Below are positions 46,852 through 59,776 of a stretch of 64,000 nucleotides of DNA, in pieces. This DNA comes from an uncultured Bacilli bacterium (lineage in GTDB: Bacteria > Bacillota_I > Bacilli_A > RF39 > UBA660), in contig CAKOKR010000002.1 in the NCBI GenBank assembly GCA_934095965.1, forward strand, positions 11,287-75,286, read 5' to 3'. The translations under genes were made by a program, and so were the position numbers. Positions within the stretch are counted from its first letter, which is position 1. The number at the start of each line of letters is the position of its first letter. The notes beneath the pieces were generated by a model. It was not told where the DNA came from and made no database searches. It was given only the letters and a program-made list of their open reading frames with translations.

Positions 46852-48841
46852 TATTATCCTTACTTTTTTTCATATCTTCAATAGCTTCATTCAAAGCATC
46901 TTCAATAGTTTTAATATCATCTAAAATCATACTAAAACCAAATTCAGCACCAAAGTCATATGGTAATTTCTTTATTTCTTTATTTAATTTATGAATATAA
47001 TTACTTACTTGTTTTTGATTATAACCAACTAAATAAACAACAAACTCATTACCATCAGTTCTCATAACTTCACTATTATCAAGTTGAGTTTTAACTAATA
47101 TATTAGCTAATGCTTTAATTTGTTTATCACCTTCATTATAACCATAACTATCATTAATTTCTTGAACTTTATTTAAATCAATAACAATAATTGTCTGAGG
47201 ATATATAGTATTATTATTCCATGTATCAATATTTTCATTTAAGAAATTTCTATTTTTTAAACTAGTTAATTGATCAATAAACTTCATTTTATCATCTTTT
47301 TTAATCTTTTTAGCAATAGATACTTTCTTACTCTTTTTAATAAATACAAAGATAACTACTGCAACAATTATAACAACATATAATATATATTCCGCAATCT
47401 TAGTAATTAAATTACCACTCTTAATAGTTTCTTCATGATTTAGCAAACCTTCCAAAACCATTTCATTTTCATCCATAACTCCAATATAATTATCAAGTAA
47501 TTTATATAATGCACTATTATTTTTTACTTTAAATGTATATTCATTATTAATAAAGCCTTCATATCTAACACTATAATTATCTAACTTTTTATCACTATAA
47601 TAATTAAATGTATTTTTATCTAATATTATATATACATTCTTTTTATTAAGTTTAAGTAAATCTTTAGTTGTATTATACGTCTTTATTGTTATACCACTTA
47701 TTCCATTAACATAATCATATATTTTACTATTATTTAAAACATATACTTCTTCACCAATCAATGAATTAAGTGACTTAATTACAATATTATCACTCTTCGG
47801 AGCAACTGCAACATATTCAATTGGTAATCCATCTGTTTGATAATATTCATCTTTAAAATTATAGTAATTAAAATATAAATCTATTTCACCTTTATTAATA
47901 GCTTTATTAAATTTATCAAAATTCTTATATTTAACAAAATTAAATTCAATATCAGCAAAATCACTAAATTTACTTAAATATACTGCAACAATACCACCAT
48001 ATTTACCACCTAATATTACCTCATATGGACTTGCATTAACAAAACCATAATTATAACTTACACTTTGCATAGCATCTACTTCAGTATCACTAATATTCAT
48101 AGCACTTGTAAAAGTCTTAAATAAACTATCATTATATTTTTCTTTAAAACTACTTTCCCATTTACTATAATATTTTTTTAATACACTTGATAAAGTTGAA
48201 TCATCTAGTTCTAAAACATAATATATTTTTATATCACTAAAATGATAAACAACACGATAATTATTACTTAATATTACATCTAAATAATCAACCAAAGGAA
48301 CTAACATATATGATAAATCATTTTTCATACTACTAATAAGCTCCTCTTTAGTTTCATATTGTTTAAATGTTGCATTAGTTTTAATATACTTAGTTATATA
48401 ACTTAAATCTTGCCCAACAACACCTATTTCTTTTCCATTTAAATCATTAACAGTTGATATTACATCATTATTTTTTGATACTAATACAAAGTGATCTTTA
48501 TAAATAACTTCATCATTATTATCAACATTATATTTTACACCAAAAGTAATACCACTTGGATTAGTTCCAGAATTAAATGTAATCGGATTTACACTTAAAC
48601 TATATTCATCTTCAAAATCATTTAGAAAATCATAATAAACACCACTACCATCTTTACCAAATACATTAACATTATTTAAAACATTAACATTCAAAACAGT
48701 ACCAATATTATTATTTATCCAATTTCTTTCAACAACAGTTAACTTATCTTTATCATTTAAAATATTAAATAAAACAACTGCACTAACTATTACAACAATA
48801 ACACTAATAATAACAATTATTATATTTTTTCTTTTTTTCAT
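46832..48841 (-). CDS. Membrane sensor protein with two extracellular solute-binding-like domains and a degenerate GGDEF domain
   Basis: C-terminus DQLTSLKNR...GYNEGDKQIKALA...RTDGNEFVV, with DGNEF in place of GGDEF. Signal anchor plus one TM before the cytoplasmic domain. Confidence 0.7.
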   Translation of the reverse strand: MKKRKNIIIVIISVIVVIVSAVVLFNILNDKDKLTVVERNWINNNIGTVLNVNVLNNVNVFGKDGSGVYYDFLNDFEDEYSLSVNPITFNSGTNPSGITFGVKYNVDNNDEVIYKDHFVLVSKNNDVISTVNDLNGKEIGVVGQDLSYITKYIKTNATFKQYETKEELISSMKNDLSYMLVPLVDYLDVILSNNYRVVYHFSDIKIYYVLELDDSTLSSVLKKYYSKWESSFKEKYNDSLFKTFTSAMNISDTEVDAMQSVSYNYGFVNASPYEVILGGKYGGIVAVYLSKFSDFADIEFNFVKYKNFDKFNKAINKGEIDLYFNYYNFKDEYYQTDGLPIEYVAVAPKSDNIVIKSLNSLIGEEVYVLNNSKIYDYVNGISGITIKTYNTTKDLLKLNKKNVYIILDKNTFNYYSDKKLDNYSVRYEGFINNEYTFKVKNNSALYKLLDNYIGVMDENEMVLEGLLNHEETIKSGNLITKIAEYILYVVIIVAVVIFVFIKKSKKVSIAKKIKKDDKMKFIDQLTSLKNRNFLNENIDTWNNNTIYPQTIIVIDLNKVQEINDSYGYNEGDKQIKALANILVKTQLDNSEVMRTDGNEFVVYLVGYNQKQVSNYIHKLNKEIKKLPYDFGAEFGFSMILDDIKTIEDALNEAIEDMKKSKDNNEESKA

Positions 48842-48843
48842 AA

Positions 48844-49341
48844 TTATTCTTCACTTTCCACTGGATTATTATTATTCCAAACAAGACCACTTCCAGCAAC
48901 ATTTTTGGCTCCCATTATAGTAAAACCATCACTATTTTCAGTCTTATCACATTTTAAAATAAATTCAAAATCATAATAAGAAAGTAAATCTTCAGAAATA
49001 TTTGATAAACTTGATTGAGCAATTCCTTCTGCATCTGTTAAAGAAGTATCATCTTTAAAACTAATAACAACATATAAAGTTCTACGATTACTCTTTACTT
49101 CTAAAGAAGCATTTTTAACTATTTCATTTTCTTTTAAAGAAGTAATATAATCACTTTTGAAAGTCTCAGTAATCGGATATTTACTAATATCTTTGATTCT
49201 ATCTCCTTCAATAGATTTACCCTTACCAAAAAAGAATGAAATACTAACAATAATTATAGCAACTAAACAAGCTACTAATATTAAACCAAGTATGATTAAT
49301 ACTTTATTCTTCCCCCATAATTCTTTAAACTTATTTTTCAT
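48844..49341 (-). CDS. Hypothetical membrane-anchored protein
   Basis: N-terminal TM (VLIILGLILVACLVAIIIVSISFFF) and a small extracytoplasmic domain. No family recognised. Confidence 0.5.
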   Translation of the reverse strand: MKNKFKELWGKNKVLIILGLILVACLVAIIIVSISFFFGKGKSIEGDRIKDISKYPITETFKSDYITSLKENEIVKNASLEVKSNRRTLYVVISFKDDTSLTDAEGIAQSSLSNISEDLLSYYDFEFILKCDKTENSDGFTIMGAKNVAGSGLVWNNNNPVESEE

Positions 49342-49377
49342 AACACACCTCTTAAGTAATATAATTATACTATCTAT

Positions 49378-52263
<2,886 letters not shown>

Positions 52264-52264
<1 letters not shown>

Positions 52265-54354
52265 TAATTCATCCTCCTTAAACCTTTATAATTATTTAAA
52301 AATTTCTTAATACCAAATCTTTTATTAAATGCAACCGTTACAAATCTATCATCAATATCAACAACTATTCCTTTACCAAATGATGCATGTAATACAACTT
52401 CACCTGGTTTATAATTAATAGCATCTCCATCATAAAATTTAGTTTTATCAAATGCTTTATTTAATATACTTTCTTTACTTTCTTCTTTTTCAATCAAATC
52501 AGCATCAATTTCTGAAATAAACCTTGATGGTGGATTCATATTTGTAATACCAAACAATAATCTTCTTTTGGCATTTGTAATATATAATCTTTCTTTAGCT
52601 CTTGTAATACCTACATAACAAAGTCTTCGTTCTTCTTCAAGCTCACTTGATGAATTCATACTCATTGAATGAGGCATAACTCCTTCTTCCATACCTATTA
52701 AAAACACTACTTTAAATTCAAGTCCCTTCGCAGCATGCATTGTCATCAAAGTAATAGCATTATCTATATCTTTATGTTCTTGTGAATCAGCCACTAAACT
52801 AATATCTTCCAAAAAATCTTCCAAGTTAACATTACCAGTATCTTTTTGATAATTCTCAGTAATACTTTTAAATTCCATTAAGTTTTCAAGTCTTATATCA
52901 GCTTCTAGACTATGTTCATTAAGAAGTTCTTTCTTCATACCACTTTTTTCTAAAACTAAATCAATTAATTCTGTTAAATCTTTATTTTTGGCTTGTTCTG
53001 TTAAATCAAGAATCAAATTTTTAAATTCTAATTCCTTTGTTTTTGATAAACAATCAAACATTGATGAATTTGTATCACTTGCAAGTTTAGTTAAATTTTG
53101 AATTGATGTTGTACCAATTCCTCTTTTTGGTACATTTATTACCCTTTCTAAAGATACATCATCTTGATGATTAGAAATAAGTCTTAAATAACATAGCAAA
53201 TCTTTAATTTCTTTTCTTTTATAGAAATAATAACTACCCACTACTCTATATGGATAATTTAGTTTTAAAATACCATCTTCAACAGTTCTTGATTGAGCAT
53301 TGGTTCTATAAAGAATTGCAAAATCATTATAAGTATATCCTTCATTTAATAACTTCTTTATCTCATCAGTTACAAGTCTAACTTCATCCTTTTCATCTAG
53401 TCCTCGAAAATATTTAATTTTTACTCCATTACCATAATTACTAAACAAATTAACTTCTTTTCTTTCAACATTATTTTTAATAACATTATTAGCTGCCTTT
53501 AAAATTGTATTAGTGCTTCGATAATTCTGATTTAATGTAATACTTATAGCATCCGGATAATCATTTTCAAAATTTAATATATTTTTATAATTACTCCATC
53601 TAAATCCATATATACTTTGATTAACATCACCAACCACAAAAAGATTACGATACTTACTTGCAAGCATCTTAACTAATTTATATTGAACTTCATTAGTATC
53701 TTGATATTCATCAATTAAAATATATTTATATCTTTCTTGATATTTATCTAATATATCTTCATTTTCTTGAAGTAACATAACAGGTCTTTTTAATAAATCA
53801 TCAAAATCAACAGCATTATTTCTTCTTAAAACTAACTCATATTGAAAATATACTTTAACAGCAACCTTTTCCGGAGGACTAACTAAAAACTTTTCCACTT
53901 CATTATCACTTAACATTTCATTTTTAATAAAACTAATTTTATTTCTAATAAATGAAGGACTATAATCTTTTGTACTTATATCAAATTCCTTCATAATTTT
54001 CTTTATTATACTTAATGCATCATCACTATCAATAATTGTAAAATTACTTGTTAAACCTAATTTTTCTACATTTTCTCTAATAATTTTAAGCCCAAATGAA
54101 TGAAAAGTTCCTACAAAAGCATAGTTATTTTCAACAACTTTACTAATTCTATCACGCATTTCCTTCGCTGCTTTATTAGTAAATGTAATAGCTAAAATAT
54201 TACCTGAATAAATACCTTCATTTATCATATTAGCAATTCTTGTTGTTAATACTTTGGTTTTACCTGAACCTGCTCCTGCCAAAACTAAACATGGACCTTC
54301 CATATGCATAACGGCTTGTTTTTGTTCGTTATTTAAATTACTTAATATATCCAT
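52264..54354 (-). CDS. pcrA: ATP-dependent DNA helicase PcrA (UvrD family)
   Basis: AGAGSGKTKVLTTR, LIDEYQDTN and VGITRAKERLY, in synteny with ligA. Confidence 0.93.
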
Positions 54355-54404
54355 TGTTAACCTCCACTAATGTAATAATATTATATCAAATATCTCTATT
54401 AAAT

Positions 54405-54436
54405 AAAAGAAAAATGGATAAGTTTTTTATCCATTT
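54405..54436 (-). terminator. Terminator after the small Cys-rich membrane protein gene
   Basis: AAATGGATAA-5 nt-TTATCCATTT followed by a T-rich run on the minus strand. Confidence 0.7.
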
Positions 54437-54855
54437 TATTCATCAACACCATTTTGACATTCATCCCCTAAAGGATCAAGCAAACAAGTTGTACATACAG
54501 AATATTTATCCATAGTATCATTAACACCATCTACAAAACTAAGTAAAAAATCAAGTACAGTTGGTATCAAAAATACAATTACTGCAATTATTAACCTTCT
54601 TACAAAAGCCATCAAACTATCTTTATTTGGTTTTTCATTAGTGGCAATCACACCCTTTGCTAAATCAATACTTCCAAGAATTATCAATAAAAGTGGAATA
54701 ACCATTTTTGCAACATAAATCAAATAACCAATTATTTGAAAAGCTCTCAAACTTTGTCCACTACAGACATTTATTTCTTCTGCAAGTGCCACATTTGGAA
54801 TAAATACACTAGCAAGAACAATTAACCATAACATCTTATTTTTCATAATCTCCAC
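54436..54855 (-). CDS. Small two-TM membrane protein with signal peptide and four conserved cysteines (paralog of 58075..58470)
   Basis: Signal peptide ...FIPNVALA|EE. Shared blocks GYxxxxxKxxxPLxxIILGxxDxAK, FxPTV and CxxCLLxPxxxxC. Start abuts the recX stop. Confidence 0.65.
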   Translation of the reverse strand: MEIMKNKMLWLIVLASVFIPNVALAEEINVCSGQSLRAFQIIGYLIYVAKMVIPLLLIILGSIDLAKGVIATNEKPNKDSLMAFVRRLIIAVIVFLIPTVLDFLLSFVDGVNDTMDKYSVCTTCLLDPLGDECQNGVDE

Positions 54856-55611
54856 CTACTCAATTACTTTATTTATATCATCTATTTTAAAACCTTTGTT
54901 ATATAAGCTATATTTTAACTTATTTTTAAGATTTTCACCTTCATATTTTCTACTTAATTTTCTATACTCTTTATTATATACACTTTTTAATATTTCAAAA
55001 TCATTACTACTATCTAACAAATCTATTTTTTTATTTATTAAATCTACGGGATAACCCAAAAGTAGTAAATCACTTTTAACCTTTTTAACAAACATACTCT
55101 TTGATAACTTCTTATTTTGTTTTTCTTTTTTCTTAATAGCTTTATTTATTCTATCAAGCCATACATCATCACTTATTAGTTTTATTTGTTTATATATTTT
55201 ATCTTTATCTAAACATAACTTTTCTAAATTATTTTGAATTTTCTTAGGTCCATCATTACTTAGATTAAGTTTATCATTAATATATGCACTTATATATAAC
55301 TCTTCACATAAATAACCATTTTTTTGAAGTAACAAAATAACTTTATCAATTGTATCTTTATTATAATCACTTAGTTTATCTTTTATTTCCTTTTTAGTTC
55401 TAAGTTTTATTCCAATTAACTTTAGTGCTTTATTATATGCATCAACAAAATCATTGTATAAAATAATATCTTTATATTCTGCATCACTAATATTTCTTGG
55501 TTTAAGTAAATTAAATTTAATTATTGTATCAGTGTATAAACTAATACATTCTTTATCAAAATAAACAATATATTTATTTTGTTTCTTCTTTATACTAGAT
55601 ATTTTCTTCAT
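54856..55611 (-). CDS. recX: RecX-like recombination regulator
   Basis: Repeated three-helix units with ALKLIGIKLRTKKEIKDKL and LQKNGYLCEELY patterns typical of RecX. Confidence 0.55.
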   Translation of the reverse strand: MKKISSIKKKQNKYIVYFDKECISLYTDTIIKFNLLKPRNISDAEYKDIILYNDFVDAYNKALKLIGIKLRTKKEIKDKLSDYNKDTIDKVILLLQKNGYLCEELYISAYINDKLNLSNDGPKKIQNNLEKLCLDKDKIYKQIKLISDDVWLDRINKAIKKKEKQNKKLSKSMFVKKVKSDLLLLGYPVDLINKKIDLLDSSNDFEILKSVYNKEYRKLSRKYEGENLKNKLKYSLYNKGFKIDDINKVIE

Positions 55612-56572
55612 TAAAATACTCTTTACATGTTTTATCTAACTCTTTAGCTAATTCTTCGATTACTTTATAATCAGCTGTTCTACATCCAGATGCAAATTTA
55701 TGTCCTCCGCCCTTATATTTTGATGCAACTTCATTTATAACTGGACCACGACTTCTTATATTTGCTTTATAAATGTTATTTCTCTCATCATAAACAACAA
55801 ACATCCAACAAATAAGTTCTTTTATAAAATAAAAATCATTAACTTGATTAGATACACTTGTTGATTCAACATTAAACTTTTTTAAATCTTCACTCGGAAC
55901 AAAGATAAAACCAAATTTATTTTCAGTTATTTCAATATTATTTATTAAATATGCTCTAAACTTTTCTTCACTTATACTTCTTTCATACAAGTTATCATAT
56001 AAACTAACAAAATTTATATTACTTGCTTTAATTAATTCATATGCAGTTTTTAAAGTATTAGCATTTGTATTTGGTAATAAAAATCTATCACTATCAAAAA
56101 CCATACCCACATATAAATCTTCTGCACATTTTTTATCCATCACTAAACTTGTATTTAATAAAAGTTCTGCAATCATTTCACACGTACTAGACTTTGTTGG
56201 ATCAGTCCAATCAACATCTCCAACTATATCTTCTGCTGGATGATGATCAATTTTTAATATAGCACTATATTCTAATCCATTAATTCCATCAACTCTATAA
56301 AAGTTTGGAACATCAAGTACTATTAATAAAGCATTATCTAAAGTACTTAAATCAGGTTTATCCAAGGCACCTAAATATTTAAATTTATGTACCCCGGCAC
56401 CTACTGCATAAACATTTTTTTCTGGAAATGTAAGTTTAATAGAATCTCTTAATGCTATTTGACTAGCTATAGCATCCGGATCTGGACTAATATGTCTAGC
56501 TAAAACAATATTGTTATATTTTTTTATTATTTTAAATACCTTTTTATACATTTCCTTCATCTTATCACTCAT
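55595..56572 (-). CDS. nrnA: DHH-family phosphoesterase NrnA (oligoribonuclease/pAp phosphatase)
   Basis: ARHISPDPDAIAS, IDHHP and GGGHKFASG motifs. Confidence 0.85.
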   Translation of the reverse strand: MSDKMKEMYKKVFKIIKKYNNIVLARHISPDPDAIASQIALRDSIKLTFPEKNVYAVGAGVHKFKYLGALDKPDLSTLDNALLIVLDVPNFYRVDGINGLEYSAILKIDHHPAEDIVGDVDWTDPTKSSTCEMIAELLLNTSLVMDKKCAEDLYVGMVFDSDRFLLPNTNANTLKTAYELIKASNINFVSLYDNLYERSISEEKFRAYLINNIEITENKFGFIFVPSEDLKKFNVESTSVSNQVNDFYFIKELICWMFVVYDERNNIYKANIRSRGPVINEVASKYKGGGHKFASGCRTADYKVIEELAKELDKTCKEYFNEENI

Positions 56573-56574
56573 TT

Positions 56575-57762
56575 CTACTTATTTTTGTTTTTTAATTCAA
56601 CAGTGTCCATTGCAATCATTAATTCTTCATCAGTTGGAACAACATAAACCGGAATCTTTGAATCATCAGTTGATATTAAACGGAATTCTCCTCTAAAGTC
56701 ATTTCTTTCTTCATCAATTTTAACACCAAGTGATGCAATCTTATCAAGAATAGATTTACGCATTGTTTTACTATTTTCACCAACACCTGCAGTTAAAGTA
56801 ATAACATCTGCTCCACCAAGTAAATTATTATACATAGCTATATAATTAGCAATTTTTCTAGCATACATTTCTTGAGCAAGTATTGCTTTTGCATCTCCTT
56901 CATTCGCAGCATTTTCAACATCTCTTGAATCACTACTTACTTCACTAACACCTAAAAGACCGCTTTTCTTATTTAAATCATTTGTTAATTCTTCTAATGT
57001 TTTTCCAGTCTTTCCAGCTAAATAAGATAACATAGATGCATCAATATCACCACATCTTGTACCCATCATAATACCAGCAAGTGGAGTAAATCCCATTGAT
57101 GTATCAATTACTTTACCAGAATCAATCGCAGTAATAGAACCACCATTACCAATATGGCAAGAAATAACTTTTAAATCATCTCTTTTTAAATATTCACTAA
57201 TTGTTTTATTAATGAATCTATGACTTGTACCATGGAATCCATATTTTCTTACTCCATATTTTTCATACCATTCATATGGTACTGGATAAATATATTCAGT
57301 TGGTTCCATAGTTGTATGGAATGCAGTATCAAATACTCCAACTTGAATAGTGTTAGGTAGTGCTTTCATAAAAGCTTTTACACCCATAATATTGGCAGGA
57401 TTATGAAGTGGTGCAAGTTCATTATATTGAGAAACTCTTTCAAGAACATCTTCAGTTAATACAACTGATTCAGTAAATTCTTGTCCACCATGAACCATTC
57501 TGTGTCCAACCCCATCAATTTCTTCTAGTGAACTAATTATACCCATGTTAATTAATTCATCCATTAATATTTGTACAGCTATTGAATGATCTTTTAAATT
57601 AGCTTCCTTAGTAATTTTTTCTCCATTATATTTAATTGTATAACAAGAACCTGGAATACCAATTTTTTCAAATAATCCATTTGCTAATACTTTTTTTTCT
57701 GGTAATTCAATCAAAGTAAATTTAAGTGATGAACTACCTGCATTTACTGCTAAAATTTTCAT
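56575..57762 (-). CDS. ackA: Acetate kinase
   Basis: MKILAVNAGSSSLKF start with GAGGTG RBS; FHGTSH; EELMIA. Confidence 0.95.
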   Translation of the reverse strand: MKILAVNAGSSSLKFTLIELPEKKVLANGLFEKIGIPGSCYTIKYNGEKITKEANLKDHSIAVQILMDELINMGIISSLEEIDGVGHRMVHGGQEFTESVVLTEDVLERVSQYNELAPLHNPANIMGVKAFMKALPNTIQVGVFDTAFHTTMEPTEYIYPVPYEWYEKYGVRKYGFHGTSHRFINKTISEYLKRDDLKVISCHIGNGGSITAIDSGKVIDTSMGFTPLAGIMMGTRCGDIDASMLSYLAGKTGKTLEELTNDLNKKSGLLGVSEVSSDSRDVENAANEGDAKAILAQEMYARKIANYIAMYNNLLGGADVITLTAGVGENSKTMRKSILDKIASLGVKIDEERNDFRGEFRLISTDDSKIPVYVVPTDEELMIAMDTVELKNKNK

Positions 57763-57800
57763 AACTTCACCTCTGTCAATTATTATACATGAAAATTTAA

Positions 57801-57846
57801 AAAAAGTCACTAATTTACAAAATATTTTATAAATTAGTGACTTTTT
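57801..57846 (-). terminator. Long perfect hairpin terminator upstream of ackA
   Basis: AAAAGTCACTAATTT ... AAATTAGTGACTTTT (15-bp arms) with A and T runs on both sides. Confidence 0.75.
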
Positions 57847-58036
57847 ACTTGTTTAATTTTAATTTAATATCATCTTGATTTGTAAAAGTAGCTTTTTTTT
57901 GATAATCTATTACCCTTCTATGATTACTTCCAATATTTGGCCCATATGGATTGGAATAACCCATTACTAATTTTTCAAGTCTTGAAGAGTTTTCAATATC
58001 ATAACCTTTATAATAATAATCATTTATCTTAAACAT
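57845..58036 (-). CDS. Hypothetical 63-aa protein
   Basis: AGGTGA RBS 4 nt before the ATG, followed by the strong terminator. No family recognised. Confidence 0.4.
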   Translation of the reverse strand: MFKINDYYYKGYDIENSSRLEKLVMGYSNPYGPNIGSNHRRVIDYQKKATFTNQDDIKLKLNK

Positions 58037-58074
58037 AATATCACCTAATAATATTATGTTTATTATTTTATATA

Positions 58075-58470
58075 TTATTCGTATTGTCTTAAAGAATCTT
58101 CCTCTTTATCAACTATAGTTATACCCTTTGCTTTTCTTTTATAAGAATCACAATCAGCATCAGTTGGATTTAACAAACATACTCTACATGCATCAATTCC
58201 AGTACCATCTTCATTTTTAGTTACAACCAAACCAAGTACAATTGATACAACTGTAGGTACAAAGAAAACAGCAACACCAATTATAAATCTATTTAATAAA
58301 GATGAAGCAGCTTTACTTACAGCTTTATCATCACTACTTAAACTAGCTTTTGCAAAATCTACTATTCCCAAAATTATAATGATTAAAGGAACAATTATTT
58401 TAATTGCAAACAAAACATAACCTGCTAATTGCCACATTGCTGAAGTTTTTAAACAAAAATTATCTTCCAT
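58075..58470 (-). CDS. Small two-TM membrane protein with four conserved cysteines (paralog of 54436..54855)
   Basis: AGYVLFAIKIIVPLIIIILGIVDFAKA, FFVPTVV and CRVCLLNPTDADC align with the 139-aa protein. No cleavable signal peptide. Confidence 0.65.
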   Translation of the reverse strand: MEDNFCLKTSAMWQLAGYVLFAIKIIVPLIIIILGIVDFAKASLSSDDKAVSKAASSLLNRFIIGVAVFFVPTVVSIVLGLVVTKNEDGTGIDACRVCLLNPTDADCDSYKRKAKGITIVDKEEDSLRQYE

Positions 58471-58528
58471 AATTACACACTCATTTCAATTTAATTATAT
58501 ATTATTTATTTGTGATTATCAAGAAAAA

Positions 58529-59713
58529 CTATAATAAATCACTATATTTATTATCATCACTTATCGAAACTTTAATAACTTCATGATGTTTAATTGCTTT
58601 ATAAATTAAGTCTTTATAAGGAATTAGTTCTTCATATTCACTACATAAAATTGGATTTGGATTAATAACTGGATGTTTTGGAACAAACACAGTACAACAA
58701 TCTTCAAAAGGTAAAATTGAAATATCATAAGCACCTATTCTTTTTGAAATATCTATTATTTCTAGTTTATCAAAACAAGCAACAGGTCTAATAACAGGAA
58801 TCTTGACAACTTCATTTATCGCTCTCATACTTGTAAGAGTTTGACTTGCAACTTGACCAATAGATTCTCCATTAACTATTATATTAGCATTATTTTGGCT
58901 TGCAACAATTGCACTTATACGATACATCATTCTTCTCATGATAGTTATTAAATATTCATGAGGAATATTTTTTAAAATTGTTTCTTGAATTTCAGTAAAG
59001 TTAATAACATGTATTTTTACCTCAGTATTATATTTTGCAAGTACTTTAGCTAGTTTTATAACTTTATCTTTTGCCATATCACTAGTATGTGGTGGACTTT
59101 CAAAATAAATTGTTTCAAGTTTTACACCCCTTTTAATAGCAAGATATCCAGCTACCGGTGAATCAATTCCTCCACTTAACATAAGTAATCCTTTTCCTAA
59201 AGTACCAACCGGATATCCACCTAAACCTTTAATACCACTAAAATAAAATAATACTTCTTCATTTCTAATTTCAACATTAACTACAAGTTCCGGATTATGT
59301 ACATCAACATGAATATCACTAATATTTTTAAGAATATGACCACCTAAAATATTATTAACTTTCATTGATTCAAAAGGATAACTCTTATTACTACGTTTTG
59401 TTATAACTTTAAAAGTTTTAAATTTTCTATCTTTAATTAAATCTAAAACATTATTTTTTATATCTTCAATATCTAGATCAGAACTTTTATACCCAATCAT
59501 TATATCTTGAATACCAAATACATTTTTTAAAAGTTCAATTACCTCATCAATATAATCTGTTTTTATAAACATTCTTCCAAAATCATAAAATGTTTCATGA
59601 TCAATATTTTTTAAAGTCACATCAATATTATTTTTTAACTTACTTATAAAAAAATTTTTATTATCTTTTTTAGTACTTAATTCACCATATTTTATAATTA
59701 TAATTTTTTCCAT
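58529..59713 (-). CDS. thiI: tRNA 4-thiouridine synthase ThiI
   Basis: THUMP-type N-terminal part and SGGIDSPVA PP-loop. ATG at 59713 is preceded by GGAGG. Confidence 0.9.
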   Translation of the reverse strand: MEKIIIIKYGELSTKKDNKNFFISKLKNNIDVTLKNIDHETFYDFGRMFIKTDYIDEVIELLKNVFGIQDIMIGYKSSDLDIEDIKNNVLDLIKDRKFKTFKVITKRSNKSYPFESMKVNNILGGHILKNISDIHVDVHNPELVVNVEIRNEEVLFYFSGIKGLGGYPVGTLGKGLLMLSGGIDSPVAGYLAIKRGVKLETIYFESPPHTSDMAKDKVIKLAKVLAKYNTEVKIHVINFTEIQETILKNIPHEYLITIMRRMMYRISAIVASQNNANIIVNGESIGQVASQTLTSMRAINEVVKIPVIRPVACFDKLEIIDISKRIGAYDISILPFEDCCTVFVPKHPVINPNPILCSEYEELIPYKDLIYKAIKHHEVIKVSISDDNKYSDLL

Positions 59714-59776
59714 ATAAACCTCCAAGCAAATAGATTGTACCATATTTTTAAAATAAAAACCACCAAAATGGTAGTT

